A stretch of DNA of 64,000 nt from a virus. Location: the IMG/VR virus record IMGVR_UViG_3300045988_066341. One strand, written 5' to 3'. Positions 27,016-35,680 of the stretch are shown in pieces (positions within the stretch are counted from its first letter, which is position 1; each line of letters opens with the position of its first letter). A program made the translations under genes and the position numbers. The notes beneath the pieces are model-generated. The model worked only from the letters and a program-made list of their open reading frames with translations, ran no database searches and was not told where the DNA came from.

Positions 27016-27348
27016 ATGAAGAAGATAAATGACTGGGTTATAAAAACATTTGGGTTGAGAGGTTCATGGAGCTGGGCTAAGAAACAGATGTTAAATGGAG
27101 CTATCATTAAACGTAAGGCTACTACAGGGACATACAAAATAGCTATTGATGATGACAAGAATAGGTTACTTGTAGCCACATGGGATCATCTAGATCAAAG
27201 TCCTGTATGGGAAAGGTGCCCACATAGTTTATTAGATGAAGATGCGGTTGATTATTTTGTCACAGCTCATAAGGAATTATCATATGGAGGCATAAAGATC
27301 AGGATGAAAGATGAATTTAATTGTAACGATAAAATATCGAAAGTATGA
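27016..27348 (+). CDS. hypothetical protein (110 aa), weak DUF2829-like pattern
   Basis: SWSWAKKQMLNGAIIKR ... LLDEDAVDYFV loosely resembles the DUF2829 termini. The call is tentative. Confidence 0.5.
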   Translation: MKKINDWVIKTFGLRGSWSWAKKQMLNGAIIKRKATTGTYKIAIDDDKNRLLVATWDHLDQSPVWERCPHSLLDEDAVDYFVTAHKELSYGGIKIRMKDEFNCNDKISKV

Positions 27349-27584
27349 AAAAGATTACTGATAAAGACGTAGAGCGCCTTAAAGCCGGGAAGAAGATAAC
27401 AAAAGGATTTATCCATATGCAATTAGATGATAAGGGAAGATTGAACTTGTGGAGTGATATCAACATAACTGACAATTATAGAAGTCTTAAGATAGACGCT
27501 AACAAATTGTTTGATCATGGGATTCTTTCAGAGGGATATGATAAATTGAGAGTTATAAATATAGGACAACAGGGACGAAGGTAA
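27345..27584 (+). CDS. hypothetical protein (79 aa)
   Basis: ATGA overlap with the upstream gene. Confidence 0.5.
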   Translation: MKKITDKDVERLKAGKKITKGFIHMQLDDKGRLNLWSDINITDNYRSLKIDANKLFDHGILSEGYDKLRVINIGQQGRR

Positions 27585-27784
27585 TGAAAGTGCATATTAT
27601 TAATCATCGCTGCGGTGACGATGAAATAGAAGTTAAAAATGGCATACGAGTTTTTGATTGGGTTGGGAATGAGTTTATTATCAATCTAAATAATTTTGGG
27701 GAACTGGAAATAAATGGATTGAATGAAGGTTTATGCATTATACCTCAATACGGGAACCAAATTGTCATAAAGAAACAGATTTAA
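27584..27784 (+). CDS. hypothetical protein (66 aa)
   Basis: 1-nt overlap with the upstream stop. Confidence 0.45.
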   Translation: MKVHIINHRCGDDEIEVKNGIRVFDWVGNEFIINLNNFGELEINGLNEGLCIIPQYGNQIVIKKQI

Positions 27785-27854
27785 AGCAACGCATGACGCT
27801 ATGGACTGGGAATTTAAGATTGAAAACATTGAATCATAATTTAATTTAATAGAC

Positions 27855-28130
27855 ATGGAGACTAAAATATGCAAGAAATGTGGTAAAGAATTACCAGTAG
27901 ATAAATTCTATAAGAACAAATCACAAAAGGATGGGTTTGGATACTACTGTAAGGATTGTGTAAATGCCTACAAATCGTCCAAAAAAGCCAATGCAGATGG
28001 GGGGGGTAAATTAACGAAAGTGTTTACCAATCCAGATCTAGCAAAATTCAAACCTAGAGAACTTATCGAAGAACTAAAAGCTAGAGGTTACAAAGGCACG
28101 CTCACCTATGAGCAGGTAATAACATTATAA
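27855..28130 (+). CDS. zinc-ribbon protein (91 aa) containing a G8 tract
   Basis: CKKCG...CKDC at the N-terminus. The C-terminal FKPRELIEELKARGYKG motif is common in small phage proteins. G8 lies at 27999-28006 (DGGG). Confidence 0.6.
   Translation: METKICKKCGKELPVDKFYKNKSQKDGFGYYCKDCVNAYKSSKKANADGGGKLTKVFTNPDLAKFKPRELIEELKARGYKGTLTYEQVITL
27999..28006 (+). repeat. G8 homopolymer inside a CDS
   Basis: Counted directly: gatGGGGGGGGtaaa. Confidence 0.95.
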
Positions 28131-28143
28131 TATAATTTAAAAG

Positions 28144-28539
28144 ATGGCAAAGAAACAGTTAAAAATCCCGTTTAAAGACGGGAGACCATGTAAATGGGTT
28201 AAGGATGTTCATGATGAGGAACGCGATAATTATGAGTTCGAGGAATGTCTTGAGATACACGGATTCGTTCGTGGATGCTCTTCGGCTGTAATGATATTAA
28301 GACCGGCAAATGATCATGGAAAGGATTTCAATTATGTCAATAGTATCTATTATCAAGTGTTCTTGACGGATAGCAAGGAGATAATACAAAATATGATGCA
28401 TGGGATCATATACGGGAAATGGACTTTTGTTAAGAGGGGAGAAAATTTTGGTATAAAATTGGTTAAGGTCTTACCTAAGATACATAAAATATCCCTTGAT
28501 ATGATCGCAAAGGATATTTTTAGGTCTGAGAATAAATGA
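28144..28539 (+). CDS. hypothetical protein (131 aa)
   Basis: ORF track. Confidence 0.55.
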   Translation: MAKKQLKIPFKDGRPCKWVKDVHDEERDNYEFEECLEIHGFVRGCSSAVMILRPANDHGKDFNYVNSIYYQVFLTDSKEIIQNMMHGIIYGKWTFVKRGENFGIKLVKVLPKIHKISLDMIAKDIFRSENK

Positions 28540-29561
28540 ACAATATGAAAGTATTATCATTATTTGATGGGATATCATGTGGATATCTAGCATTACAAAG
28601 AGCCGGTATACCTATTGGGACTTACTATGCCTCAGAGATAGACAAGACATGCATAAAGGTAAGTCAAAAACATTTTCCTAATATTATTCAATTAGGGGAT
28701 GTTAATAACTGGAGAACATGGGATATCCCTTGGAAAGACATAGATCTGGTCATGGGAGGGTTCTGTTGCCAGAGCTTCTCTAGCTCAGGTAAGGGTAAAG
28801 GATTCATGGACGCTCGTGGAAGGCTTTTCTTTTGCTTCTCGGACATCGTAAAGCATTTAAGGAAGGAGACCAAAGGTAAGGTCCTGTTCTTGGGCGAGAA
28901 CGTCCGGATGCGGGATGAGCACCGCTGGGTGATTACCGAGGAGCTTGGCGTGGAGCCGGTGGAGATCGATAGCGCCTTGGTCTCGGCACAGACCCGGCAT
29001 CGTCTTTATTGGTGCAATTGGTCGGTAGAAATGCCGAAAGACAAGCATATATCATTGGATGATATTTTAGAGCATGACAAGGGATGGAATCCGGGAGCCA
29101 TAAGAGGAAGATATATAGGAGTCATTGTCGGTAGAAGGATAGGAGAGGACGGGCATCGAAAGGATTATGACAAGAACGTGAAAATAACGCAATGTTTGGA
29201 GGTAAGAAGAGATAAAAATACTGTTTCTATTAAGAAAAGTAATTGCCTGACAACAGTCATGAAAGATAACGTGATATCATCGTTGCCTCCCGAAAGATAT
29301 CCTAATGCCTTTGACATGAAAGACAAATTCAGATACCTGACCCCGGTGGAGATGTGTAGGCTACAGACATTGCCGGATGATTACCTTGACGGGATAGCCC
29401 CAAATACGGCCATGTCTTTAGCGGGTAACGGATGGACAGTGGATGTGATAGCCCATTTGCTAAGAAGCATCGAACGTAAGCAGATAAATGATATTGTAAA
29501 GGAATTTCGCAAAATTACTGATGAGCTTATGTTCGGGTCATTAGAAACGGATATAATGTGA
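28536..29561 (+). CDS. DNA (cytosine-5)-methyltransferase
   Basis: Motif I LSLFDGISCG, motif IV GGFCCQSFS, motif VI ENV, RYLTPVEMCRLQTLPDDY, and motif X GNGWTVDV. Confidence 0.9.
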   Translation: MNNMKVLSLFDGISCGYLALQRAGIPIGTYYASEIDKTCIKVSQKHFPNIIQLGDVNNWRTWDIPWKDIDLVMGGFCCQSFSSSGKGKGFMDARGRLFFCFSDIVKHLRKETKGKVLFLGENVRMRDEHRWVITEELGVEPVEIDSALVSAQTRHRLYWCNWSVEMPKDKHISLDDILEHDKGWNPGAIRGRYIGVIVGRRIGEDGHRKDYDKNVKITQCLEVRRDKNTVSIKKSNCLTTVMKDNVISSLPPERYPNAFDMKDKFRYLTPVEMCRLQTLPDDYLDGIAPNTAMSLAGNGWTVDVIAHLLRSIERKQINDIVKEFRKITDELMFGSLETDIM

Positions 29562-29585
29562 CATGTGAAGGTAAACACGAGCAAA

Positions 29586-29813
29586 ATGAGACCATACGGA
29601 AGAATCAAGACAGTTAAGGGATCTTTATGGAAAAAGGATATACATCCACCGAAAGGGCACAAGAATTGGTGGGATGACATATGCGATCCTGTACCTAGAA
29701 GTACTATGAAGCTTAAATTTAAAACAGAGTTAAGAGATGATTATAAACAAGAAATGGTCAATGCCGAACAGCGAGACATTCAGCATAAAACCGATAAGGG
29801 AACTTATAGATAA
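29586..29813 (+). CDS. possible basic small protein (75 aa)
   Basis: Track ORF 29565..29813 starts on GTG, with an in-frame ATG at 29586. It overlaps the next methyltransferase gene by 77 nt, so it is doubtful. Confidence 0.3.
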   Translation: MRPYGRIKTVKGSLWKKDIHPPKGHKNWWDDICDPVPRSTMKLKFKTELRDDYKQEMVNAEQRDIQHKTDKGTYR

Positions 29814-30249
29814 ATATCGAGAAGAGGGGATGGTTATAGTGGATCCATTCGCCAGAAACAGCGATATAGGGACGATCACCAACGATCTTGATCCTGATAC
29901 TAGGGCTATGTATCATAAGGACGCCACGGACTTCCTGCGTGGTCTTAGCGATAATATAGCTGATATGGTGTTGTATGATCCACCATATTCCCCGAGACAG
30001 GTATCCGAGTCATATAAAAAGCTTGGAGGTACTGTTGATATGCAAACAACGCAATCTAGTTATTGGGCTATGCAGAAGAAGGAGATAGCTAGGATCACCA
30101 AGAAAGGAGGGGTGGTCATTACCTGCGCGTGGAACTCCGGCGGTATAGGGGCCGGGCTTGGCTTCGAGCAGCAGGAGATTCTTCTTGTGGCCCATGGGGG
30201 ATGGCATAATGATACGATAGTTACAGTAGAAAGGAAAATGAAATTATGA
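29737..30249 (+). CDS. small DNA methyltransferase with DPPY motif (N6-adenine or N4-cytosine type)
   Basis: KWSMPNSETF N-terminus, IVDPFARNS (motif I-like) and VLYDPPYSPRQ (motif IV). Confidence 0.7.
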   Translation: MIINKKWSMPNSETFSIKPIRELIDKYREEGMVIVDPFARNSDIGTITNDLDPDTRAMYHKDATDFLRGLSDNIADMVLYDPPYSPRQVSESYKKLGGTVDMQTTQSSYWAMQKKEIARITKKGGVVITCAWNSGGIGAGLGFEQQEILLVAHGGWHNDTIVTVERKMKL

Positions 30250-30665
30250 AGGAACGGATTTTTACCACAAAAGAACAGGGGAGGGTGTTGGTCGAGGCCG
30301 GCCTTCCTATCTCCACCGCCATCGGTTTCAGAGACAAGTATCTGGATCAATTACATTCTATGGAGGATGACGCTGGTCGTATAGGACTGATCGAGGCCGT
30401 TACCCCGGATATATCCAACCCTGTTTGGGATGTAGGGACGTTACTGAATTTGCTCCCATATGAGATAGAGGGTTGTACATTAGAATGTTATAAGCTAAAA
30501 CATGCATGGTCTGTAGCGTATAGAGACATAGACGAGATCCCTATATATTGGAGTAGCGAGAGACTTCTTATAGATACATTATTTTCACTGATAATAACAT
30601 TATTAAAAAATGGATTATATGAGTATAAAACAAACAGCAAGAATAAGGTACAAAACGGAGGATAA
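30246..30665 (+). CDS. hypothetical protein (139 aa)
   Basis: ATGA overlap with the upstream gene. Confidence 0.55.
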   Translation: MKERIFTTKEQGRVLVEAGLPISTAIGFRDKYLDQLHSMEDDAGRIGLIEAVTPDISNPVWDVGTLLNLLPYEIEGCTLECYKLKHAWSVAYRDIDEIPIYWSSERLLIDTLFSLIITLLKNGLYEYKTNSKNKVQNGG

Positions 30666-30825
30666 TCCTCCTATGGAAGGTGTTCCTCTTTTAGGATACA
30701 ACAAAAAATATAGCTGTCCGTGGGAAGTAATGTACAAGAGAGGGGATAAGTACTACACCTGCATGAAGTATGATGCTGAATTTGAAACATATCCACCGGA
30801 AGAATATGAATATTTATATCCATGA
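30619..30825 (+). CDS. hypothetical protein (68 aa), tandem paralogue 1
   Basis: MSIKQTARIRYKTEDNPPMEGVPLLGY...EEYEYLYP. Start chosen by analogy with the paralogue. Confidence 0.55.
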   Translation: MSIKQTARIRYKTEDNPPMEGVPLLGYNKKYSCPWEVMYKRGDKYYTCMKYDAEFETYPPEEYEYLYP

Positions 30826-30829
30826 AAAT

Positions 30830-31030
30830 ATGAAACAAGTAACAAGAATAAGATACAAAACAGAGGATAATCCGCCTATGGCTAATGTCCCTCTTATAGG
30901 ATACAGTTTGGAATACGACTGCAAGGTAGCGTTAGTATACAGAAAGGGGGATAACTATTACACCAATATGGAGTGCGATGTTGAATATAAGACGTCTTCT
31001 CCAGATGAGTACGAATACGTATATCCGTGA
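30830..31030 (+). CDS. hypothetical protein (66 aa), tandem paralogue 2
   Basis: MKQVTRIRYKTEDNPPMANVPLIGY...DEYEYVYP. The in-frame ATG at 30830 lies just after the upstream stop. Confidence 0.55.
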   Translation: MKQVTRIRYKTEDNPPMANVPLIGYSLEYDCKVALVYRKGDNYYTNMECDVEYKTSSPDEYEYVYP

Positions 31031-31111
31031 TAACCAGAAGGAATATATTTTCATTTAAGCATGATTAATATTATTTTTATATTATTCATGCTTTTATTTT
31101 TGTTTAAATCT

Positions 31112-31119
31112 TACTTTTG
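31112..31119 (+). promoter_or_regulatory. Bacteroidota-type -7 box TACTTTTG
   Basis: 25 nt before ATG 31145. A second box, TATTTTTG, lies at 31095-31102. The downstream GTATCAACATTAAAA resembles the 9693 promoter context. Confidence 0.5.
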
Positions 31120-31144
31120 TATCAACATTAAAAACCAGATTATT

Positions 31145-31648
31145 ATGGATGAAAACAAACAAAAAGTCAATGAACTTACGATGAGGACATTGGGTTCTCA
31201 TTATGGCGGATATACCTATGTAAAGGTAAAAAATCGTGAAACTTATGTAACGATAGATTGGAAGTTGTTGAGGGCTATAGAAAAAGGAGAGGTGGAGATA
31301 GACAACGAGAAATACCATCTATCCGGAATAGAGTACGTAGCTAAAAGATGTCAGGACATGTTTTACGTTGGTCGTGATATTTATTATTTCAAGGGTATGG
31401 GAGAAAGAGGAATAACCAATCTTCTTAGAAACGCTATAGATGATTTGCTAGATACCATAAGCAGCAGGGAGACTTATCGTAGCGCAGAGCACAGGGTGTA
31501 CGCCCAAATGAATAAACTTACGGAAGCGGGAGCCATGATCAGCTTGGCTATAGAATTACTAACATCTAATATCCGTCATAGTTATGGAGAAATTAATTTT
31601 GAACGATATCCAAGACCTGTGGAGGTGGAGGGAGAAGATAAACATTGA
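31145..31648 (+). CDS. hypothetical protein (167 aa)
   Basis: The track ORF 31061..31648 begins in the AT-rich promoter region. The in-frame ATG at 31145 was chosen. Confidence 0.55.
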   Translation: MDENKQKVNELTMRTLGSHYGGYTYVKVKNRETYVTIDWKLLRAIEKGEVEIDNEKYHLSGIEYVAKRCQDMFYVGRDIYYFKGMGERGITNLLRNAIDDLLDTISSRETYRSAEHRVYAQMNKLTEAGAMISLAIELLTSNIRHSYGEINFERYPRPVEVEGEDKH

Positions 31649-31793
31649 TGACTTCAAAGAGGATCCTATGGCTGAGGATATGCCATTATATTTCCCGTGC
31701 GCCGTCGTATGGCATGTGAATTGGGGTGAGCATGACGCTGATAATTATATATGTTATGGATTTGTTTATGTAGCAGAAATATTAGGGATATGA
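31584..31793 (+). CDS. possible small protein (69 aa, or 41 aa from ATG 31668)
   Basis: ORF track; overlaps the upstream gene by 65 nt; the start is uncertain. Confidence 0.3.
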   Translation: MEKLILNDIQDLWRWREKINIDDFKEDPMAEDMPLYFPCAVVWHVNWGEHDADNYICYGFVYVAEILGI

Positions 31794-32185
31794 ACATTAA
31801 AAAACAGATAATTCTTGACGATAAAGACTATGAGCGATTAGTGCACGATGCTAATCTCAGTAATGATGAGATAAAAAGCAAAATCGCCAGCGCTCTAACC
31901 ACTGATATGGTATTTAGTTTCGATTTTGATGTAAACAAAAAAGTTACGGGGAATACGAGGATCGAAAGCGCCACCTATAATCTAGGATATAATGAATATG
32001 ATAATATCGTAAGGGCTAGAGACGAGAATATTCACCATGCTGTTTATACAGCTATATATGATTATCTTGAGAAAATAAAGAGAGATAATAATGAGCTAAG
32101 CGCAAAAGATTGGATATTATTCACATCTATAATCTTATCTATTTTCGCAATGGGATTTGCAGGTGGATGGTTGGTATTTAATTGA
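31790..32185 (+). CDS. hypothetical protein with C-terminal transmembrane helix (131 aa)
   Basis: The in-frame ATG at 31790 makes an ATGA overlap with the upstream stop. C-terminal WILFTSIILSIFAMGFAGGWLVF. Confidence 0.5.
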   Translation: MNIKKQIILDDKDYERLVHDANLSNDEIKSKIASALTTDMVFSFDFDVNKKVTGNTRIESATYNLGYNEYDNIVRARDENIHHAVYTAIYDYLEKIKRDNNELSAKDWILFTSIILSIFAMGFAGGWLVFN

Positions 32186-32192
32186 TTAAATC

Positions 32193-32564
32193 ATGGGTAA
32201 TTTAAAAGACATACAAGATATAACCGGTCTTACGTCAGAAGCTATATTCAATATACGTAAACCTGTTGATTATATGTGCAGTGATATAGATAGCCATATA
32301 AAAGATATCAGGACACAATGTGATTATATTATGGATGGGGATGAGGAGGATGTTAAATACTATTCAAAATCAATCAAATCAGACGTAGATTCTTATTTCG
32401 AGGATATACGGTCAAAGGTCGAGAATCTCCGTGATTGGGGAGAGCAGTGGAAAGTACTGGCTAAAGACCTGTTTAATAAGCTGCTGGAAATAGATAGCGA
32501 TAATACTATAGACAGCTATCTGTCTTATAAGGCATTGAATAAAATCAGGGAACATTTAAAATAA
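32193..32564 (+). CDS. hypothetical protein (123 aa)
   Basis: ORF track. Confidence 0.55.
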   Translation: MGNLKDIQDITGLTSEAIFNIRKPVDYMCSDIDSHIKDIRTQCDYIMDGDEEDVKYYSKSIKSDVDSYFEDIRSKVENLRDWGEQWKVLAKDLFNKLLEIDSDNTIDSYLSYKALNKIREHLK

Positions 32565-32574
32565 AATTATAAAC

Positions 32575-32790
32575 ATGAATAAAAGAAAAATCAAAAAAAG
32601 ACTCCATTTAAATAATAAAGAATTTCAAACCTTATTTCGTTCAGGCAAGAAATACTTTAGATATGCGATAAATAATCTATGTCTTGCTTTTGGATGTTCT
32701 TCATTAGAATATTGGATATACTTCTTTGAAGGTAAAAGAGTTGATGGGAGTATATATTATAAAAGCATTTCACGACTAGTTCTTAGATAA
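32575..32790 (+). CDS. hypothetical basic protein (71 aa)
   Basis: ORF track. Confidence 0.45.
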   Translation: MNKRKIKKRLHLNNKEFQTLFRSGKKYFRYAINNLCLAFGCSSLEYWIYFFEGKRVDGSIYYKSISRLVLR

Positions 32791-32815
32791 TGATAAATTA
32801 ACAAAATAAATAGAC

Positions 32816-33400
32816 ATGAGCAAATTACTATTTTTTGATTTAGAGACAACCGGGGTTAAGTTCTGGAGAAACGGGATACACCAAATAGGAGGGATCGTGG
32901 ATATCGACGGGCAGGAGGCCGAGAGGTTTGACATTCGCCTAGCCCCGAACCCTGCCGCCACGATAGAGCAAGAGGCGCTGGACGTGGCTGGCGTTACCTT
33001 GGAGCAGATACAGTCGTATCAACCTATGGAAGAAGGGTACAGGCAGTTAGTTGGTATATTATCCAAATACGTGAATAAGTTCGACAAGAGGGATAAAATG
33101 TATTTAGTGGGGTATAACAACGCTGGATTCGATAACAACTTCCTACGGGCTTTATTCCAGCAATGTGGGGATAAGTATTTCGGATCATGGTTCTATCCTA
33201 ACTGTATGGATGTATATGTTATGGTGACACCGTTCCTGATGGGTGTAAGAAACGATATGGAGAACTTTAAGTTGATGACCGTAGCCAGAACTATGGGTAT
33301 TGAGATCGACGAGAATAAGCTTCATGACGCCACTTACGATATTGAGCTGACTAGGGATATTTTCTATCGTATAATTGGCAAAATGGACATTAAGCTATGA
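32816..33400 (+). CDS. DEDDh 3'-5' exonuclease (DnaQ/RNase T-like)
   Basis: Exo I FFDLETTG, Exo II LVGYNNAGFDNNFL and Exo III HDATYDIELT. Confidence 0.85.
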   Translation: MSKLLFFDLETTGVKFWRNGIHQIGGIVDIDGQEAERFDIRLAPNPAATIEQEALDVAGVTLEQIQSYQPMEEGYRQLVGILSKYVNKFDKRDKMYLVGYNNAGFDNNFLRALFQQCGDKYFGSWFYPNCMDVYVMVTPFLMGVRNDMENFKLMTVARTMGIEIDENKLHDATYDIELTRDIFYRIIGKMDIKL

Positions 33401-33510
33401 GGGACATTTTAGAGGCGATGCATGATTACCCGGATGAGGCGCTTGGGTTGTGTTTCTTTTTGATAGTGATTGTCTGGTTGTTGTCAGGTATATTCGAGAA
33501 AAATGGATGA
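33397..33510 (+). CDS. possible 37-aa membrane peptide (below ORF-track cutoff)
   Basis: Read by eye: MRDILEAMHDYPDEALGLCFFLIVIVWLLSGIFEKNG. ATGA overlap upstream, and its stop overlaps the next start. Confidence 0.3.
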   Translation: MRDILEAMHDYPDEALGLCFFLIVIVWLLSGIFEKNG

Positions 33511-33733
33511 TAAGATTAATGAGATACTGGATCTCCTGAGATCTCAGAACGAGATGATTAAGGATATCCACGATTATGTGAAAGAAGTTACCAGCGAGAA
33601 ATATATAGGGGAGTATAGAATGACCAGCTTCTCTATCAACTTGGCCGCTGATATACTTACCGAAGCCATTAGCCCTAAGATAAAAGGGATGATGGTGGAT
33701 TTATTAAGGAAACAGGGATGGAAAACCGAATGA
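33503..33733 (+). CDS. hypothetical protein (76 aa)
   Basis: Track ORF 33470..33733, with an in-frame ATG at 33503. Confidence 0.45.
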   Translation: MDDKINEILDLLRSQNEMIKDIHDYVKEVTSEKYIGEYRMTSFSINLAADILTEAISPKIKGMMVDLLRKQGWKTE

Positions 33734-33736
33734 GAC

Positions 33737-34192
33737 ATGGGAACATATGAGAAGAAGGTAAATCAGTTAAAAGATTTGATGGTAAGGAAATACAAATCGG
33801 CTTACAACAAATCCAAGGAAATGGACATAGATATAAGCTCGATGACATATCTTCCAGAACCGGACGTATTCAATGTTATGTACACTGAGCATATGTCCGT
33901 TATTCTTGATCGGGTTAATAAGATCATAGATGATAACAAGGATAAGCTTAAGAATCCGACTTGTTCTACATGCGTACATCTGCATGATAATGATTGGGCG
34001 AAAAGATACGGGAAGGTATGTTGCTCTATTTGGCAAGTGTGCGACCATTATATAAACCCTAATAGAAAATATAATAGGGAGCAAAAGACTTATGCGAGAC
34101 GGCCAAGCAATAAGGCTTGTCCTAATTATGAGTATGGTGATGATAATTTTGAAAACAGAAGAAGATGTATAAAAGAAAAGAATACCCAATAA
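33737..34192 (+). CDS. Cys-rich protein (151 aa)
   Basis: ORF track; CSTC...CCSIWQVC pattern. Confidence 0.55.
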   Translation: MGTYEKKVNQLKDLMVRKYKSAYNKSKEMDIDISSMTYLPEPDVFNVMYTEHMSVILDRVNKIIDDNKDKLKNPTCSTCVHLHDNDWAKRYGKVCCSIWQVCDHYINPNRKYNREQKTYARRPSNKACPNYEYGDDNFENRRRCIKEKNTQ

Positions 34193-34677
34193 AGAGCTAT
34201 GTGCCGATGCGCACCAACAAGGATAGGACGTGTATCTGCTGTGGCGATACGATCCCAGCCGGCAGCAGCAGGATGATACCTAGACACGCTAAGGCAAATC
34301 ACGGTCTATGTTTCCCGTGCTTCAGGAAATGGAGAGATACCGGAGGAGATCTTAAGCTTATGAACAACCCAGGAGATGCGAAGAAAGAATATGTCATACA
34401 TATGTCTAATATCCTGAAAGGGAATTGTGATATAATAAAAGGTCGAAAGCTTTACGTGGCTTTTAAAAAGGCGATAAACGGCGGAAAGAAGATCGTTATC
34501 AAATTTGACACTGATCAACCGATATCTATGTCAACAAGAGTCATGAATCCTTCATTCGGGGAGATTATGGATGAGTACGGCAAGGACATATTCCAAGGTA
34601 ATCTCAAACTGGTAGATGTCCCAAAAGGAGTTAAAGACTTGATAGTTAGCTATATAGAAAAATATCGTAAATTATGA
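34165..34677 (+). CDS. zinc-ribbon protein (170 aa)
   Basis: CICCG...CFPC pattern. Confidence 0.55.
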   Translation: MYKRKEYPIKSYVPMRTNKDRTCICCGDTIPAGSSRMIPRHAKANHGLCFPCFRKWRDTGGDLKLMNNPGDAKKEYVIHMSNILKGNCDIIKGRKLYVAFKKAINGGKKIVIKFDTDQPISMSTRVMNPSFGEIMDEYGKDIFQGNLKLVDVPKGVKDLIVSYIEKYRKL

Positions 34678-34829
34678 ACTTCAAGACATTTATATTCATG
34701 ATCCTGACATTCAGGAGAGTAGATCCTATACCTAGGAATATAGGTCTTATGTTAAGTACAACGTTCTGGATATCTATAGTATGGATAATATCCAACTTTA
34801 CTATATTGATAATGAGATTAATAAAATAG
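34674..34829 (+). CDS. possible 51-aa two-helix membrane peptide (below ORF-track cutoff)
   Basis: Read by eye: MNFKTFIFMILTF...LMLSTTFWISIVWIISNFTILIM... ATGA overlap upstream; it ends 5 nt before ATG 34835. Confidence 0.3.
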   Translation: MNFKTFIFMILTFRRVDPIPRNIGLMLSTTFWISIVWIISNFTILIMRLIK

Positions 34830-34834
34830 ACAAG

Positions 34835-35275
34835 ATGAAACAAGGAGACGTGATATACAAGAATGGTGTGGAGCTGCTTGTGGTATTAAGCTACGACCAT
34901 AATGAACCATGTAAGGGTTGCTTCTTCTACGAGGATAAGGCGTGCGGATCAGAAAGACTGATAAAATGCTGGGATTGTAAAAAGGAATATATATTCACGG
35001 CTATACGTAAATATAATACGACTGAACTGTGCGGAATAGTAAAAAGATATGAGGAGACGTATAAGATAATACTTAAAACAATCAAGAAGATTGAGAAAGA
35101 ATGTCAAAAATATGTTATCTGGGATACTGTGCATGTGATGTTGAAAGATGATGGAGAGCTTATTATAAAAGCCTTATCCAAGGATAAGTCCGTGCTTTTA
35201 AATGATTTCATTATATACATCAACAATAATGGGAGTATAGACGAAGAGGACTATGATCTATTATTAACTAAATAA
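34835..35275 (+). CDS. hypothetical protein (146 aa) with CxGCxF module
   Basis: Track ORF 34781..35275, with an in-frame ATG at 34835. GDVIYKNGVELLVVL...CKGCFFYEDKAC resembles the C-domains of the 7986 and 8748 ORFs. Confidence 0.55.
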   Translation: MKQGDVIYKNGVELLVVLSYDHNEPCKGCFFYEDKACGSERLIKCWDCKKEYIFTAIRKYNTTELCGIVKRYEETYKIILKTIKKIEKECQKYVIWDTVHVMLKDDGELIIKALSKDKSVLLNDFIIYINNNGSIDEEDYDLLLTK

Positions 35276-35287
35276 TTGATAGTACAA

Positions 35288-35680
35288 ATGGACAAATCAA
35301 ACAAAATAGAGAATCTAGCAAACAAGTATGTTGAAAGGCATATAAGAGATAGACATCTAAGCGATGATACGATAAAAGAAATAAAAATAGCTTATATTAT
35401 GATTATAAAAGATTTTATAGCTATTGTCGATAAATCTACATCAATGAATGAAGATGATATAATATACGTCGTTAACAACATATCATCAATATTATATGAA
35501 CCTGTAGAAATCTCTAATACCGATAAAAAAATATTGGAGATAGGGATAGCGCTAGGCCTAAAGAGCGCCATATCATGTATATTTGGTTCATTATTAAAAG
35601 ATGATTGCAATATAAAAGATGAGATAATTGATATATCTAAACATATAAAAGAAAAATTAATATCAGATAATCATGGATAA
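35288..35680 (+). CDS. hypothetical protein (130 aa)
   Basis: Track ORF 35276..35680 starts on TTG, with an in-frame ATG at 35288. Confidence 0.5.
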   Translation: MDKSNKIENLANKYVERHIRDRHLSDDTIKEIKIAYIMIIKDFIAIVDKSTSMNEDDIIYVVNNISSILYEPVEISNTDKKILEIGIALGLKSAISCIFGSLLKDDCNIKDEIIDISKHIKEKLISDNHG

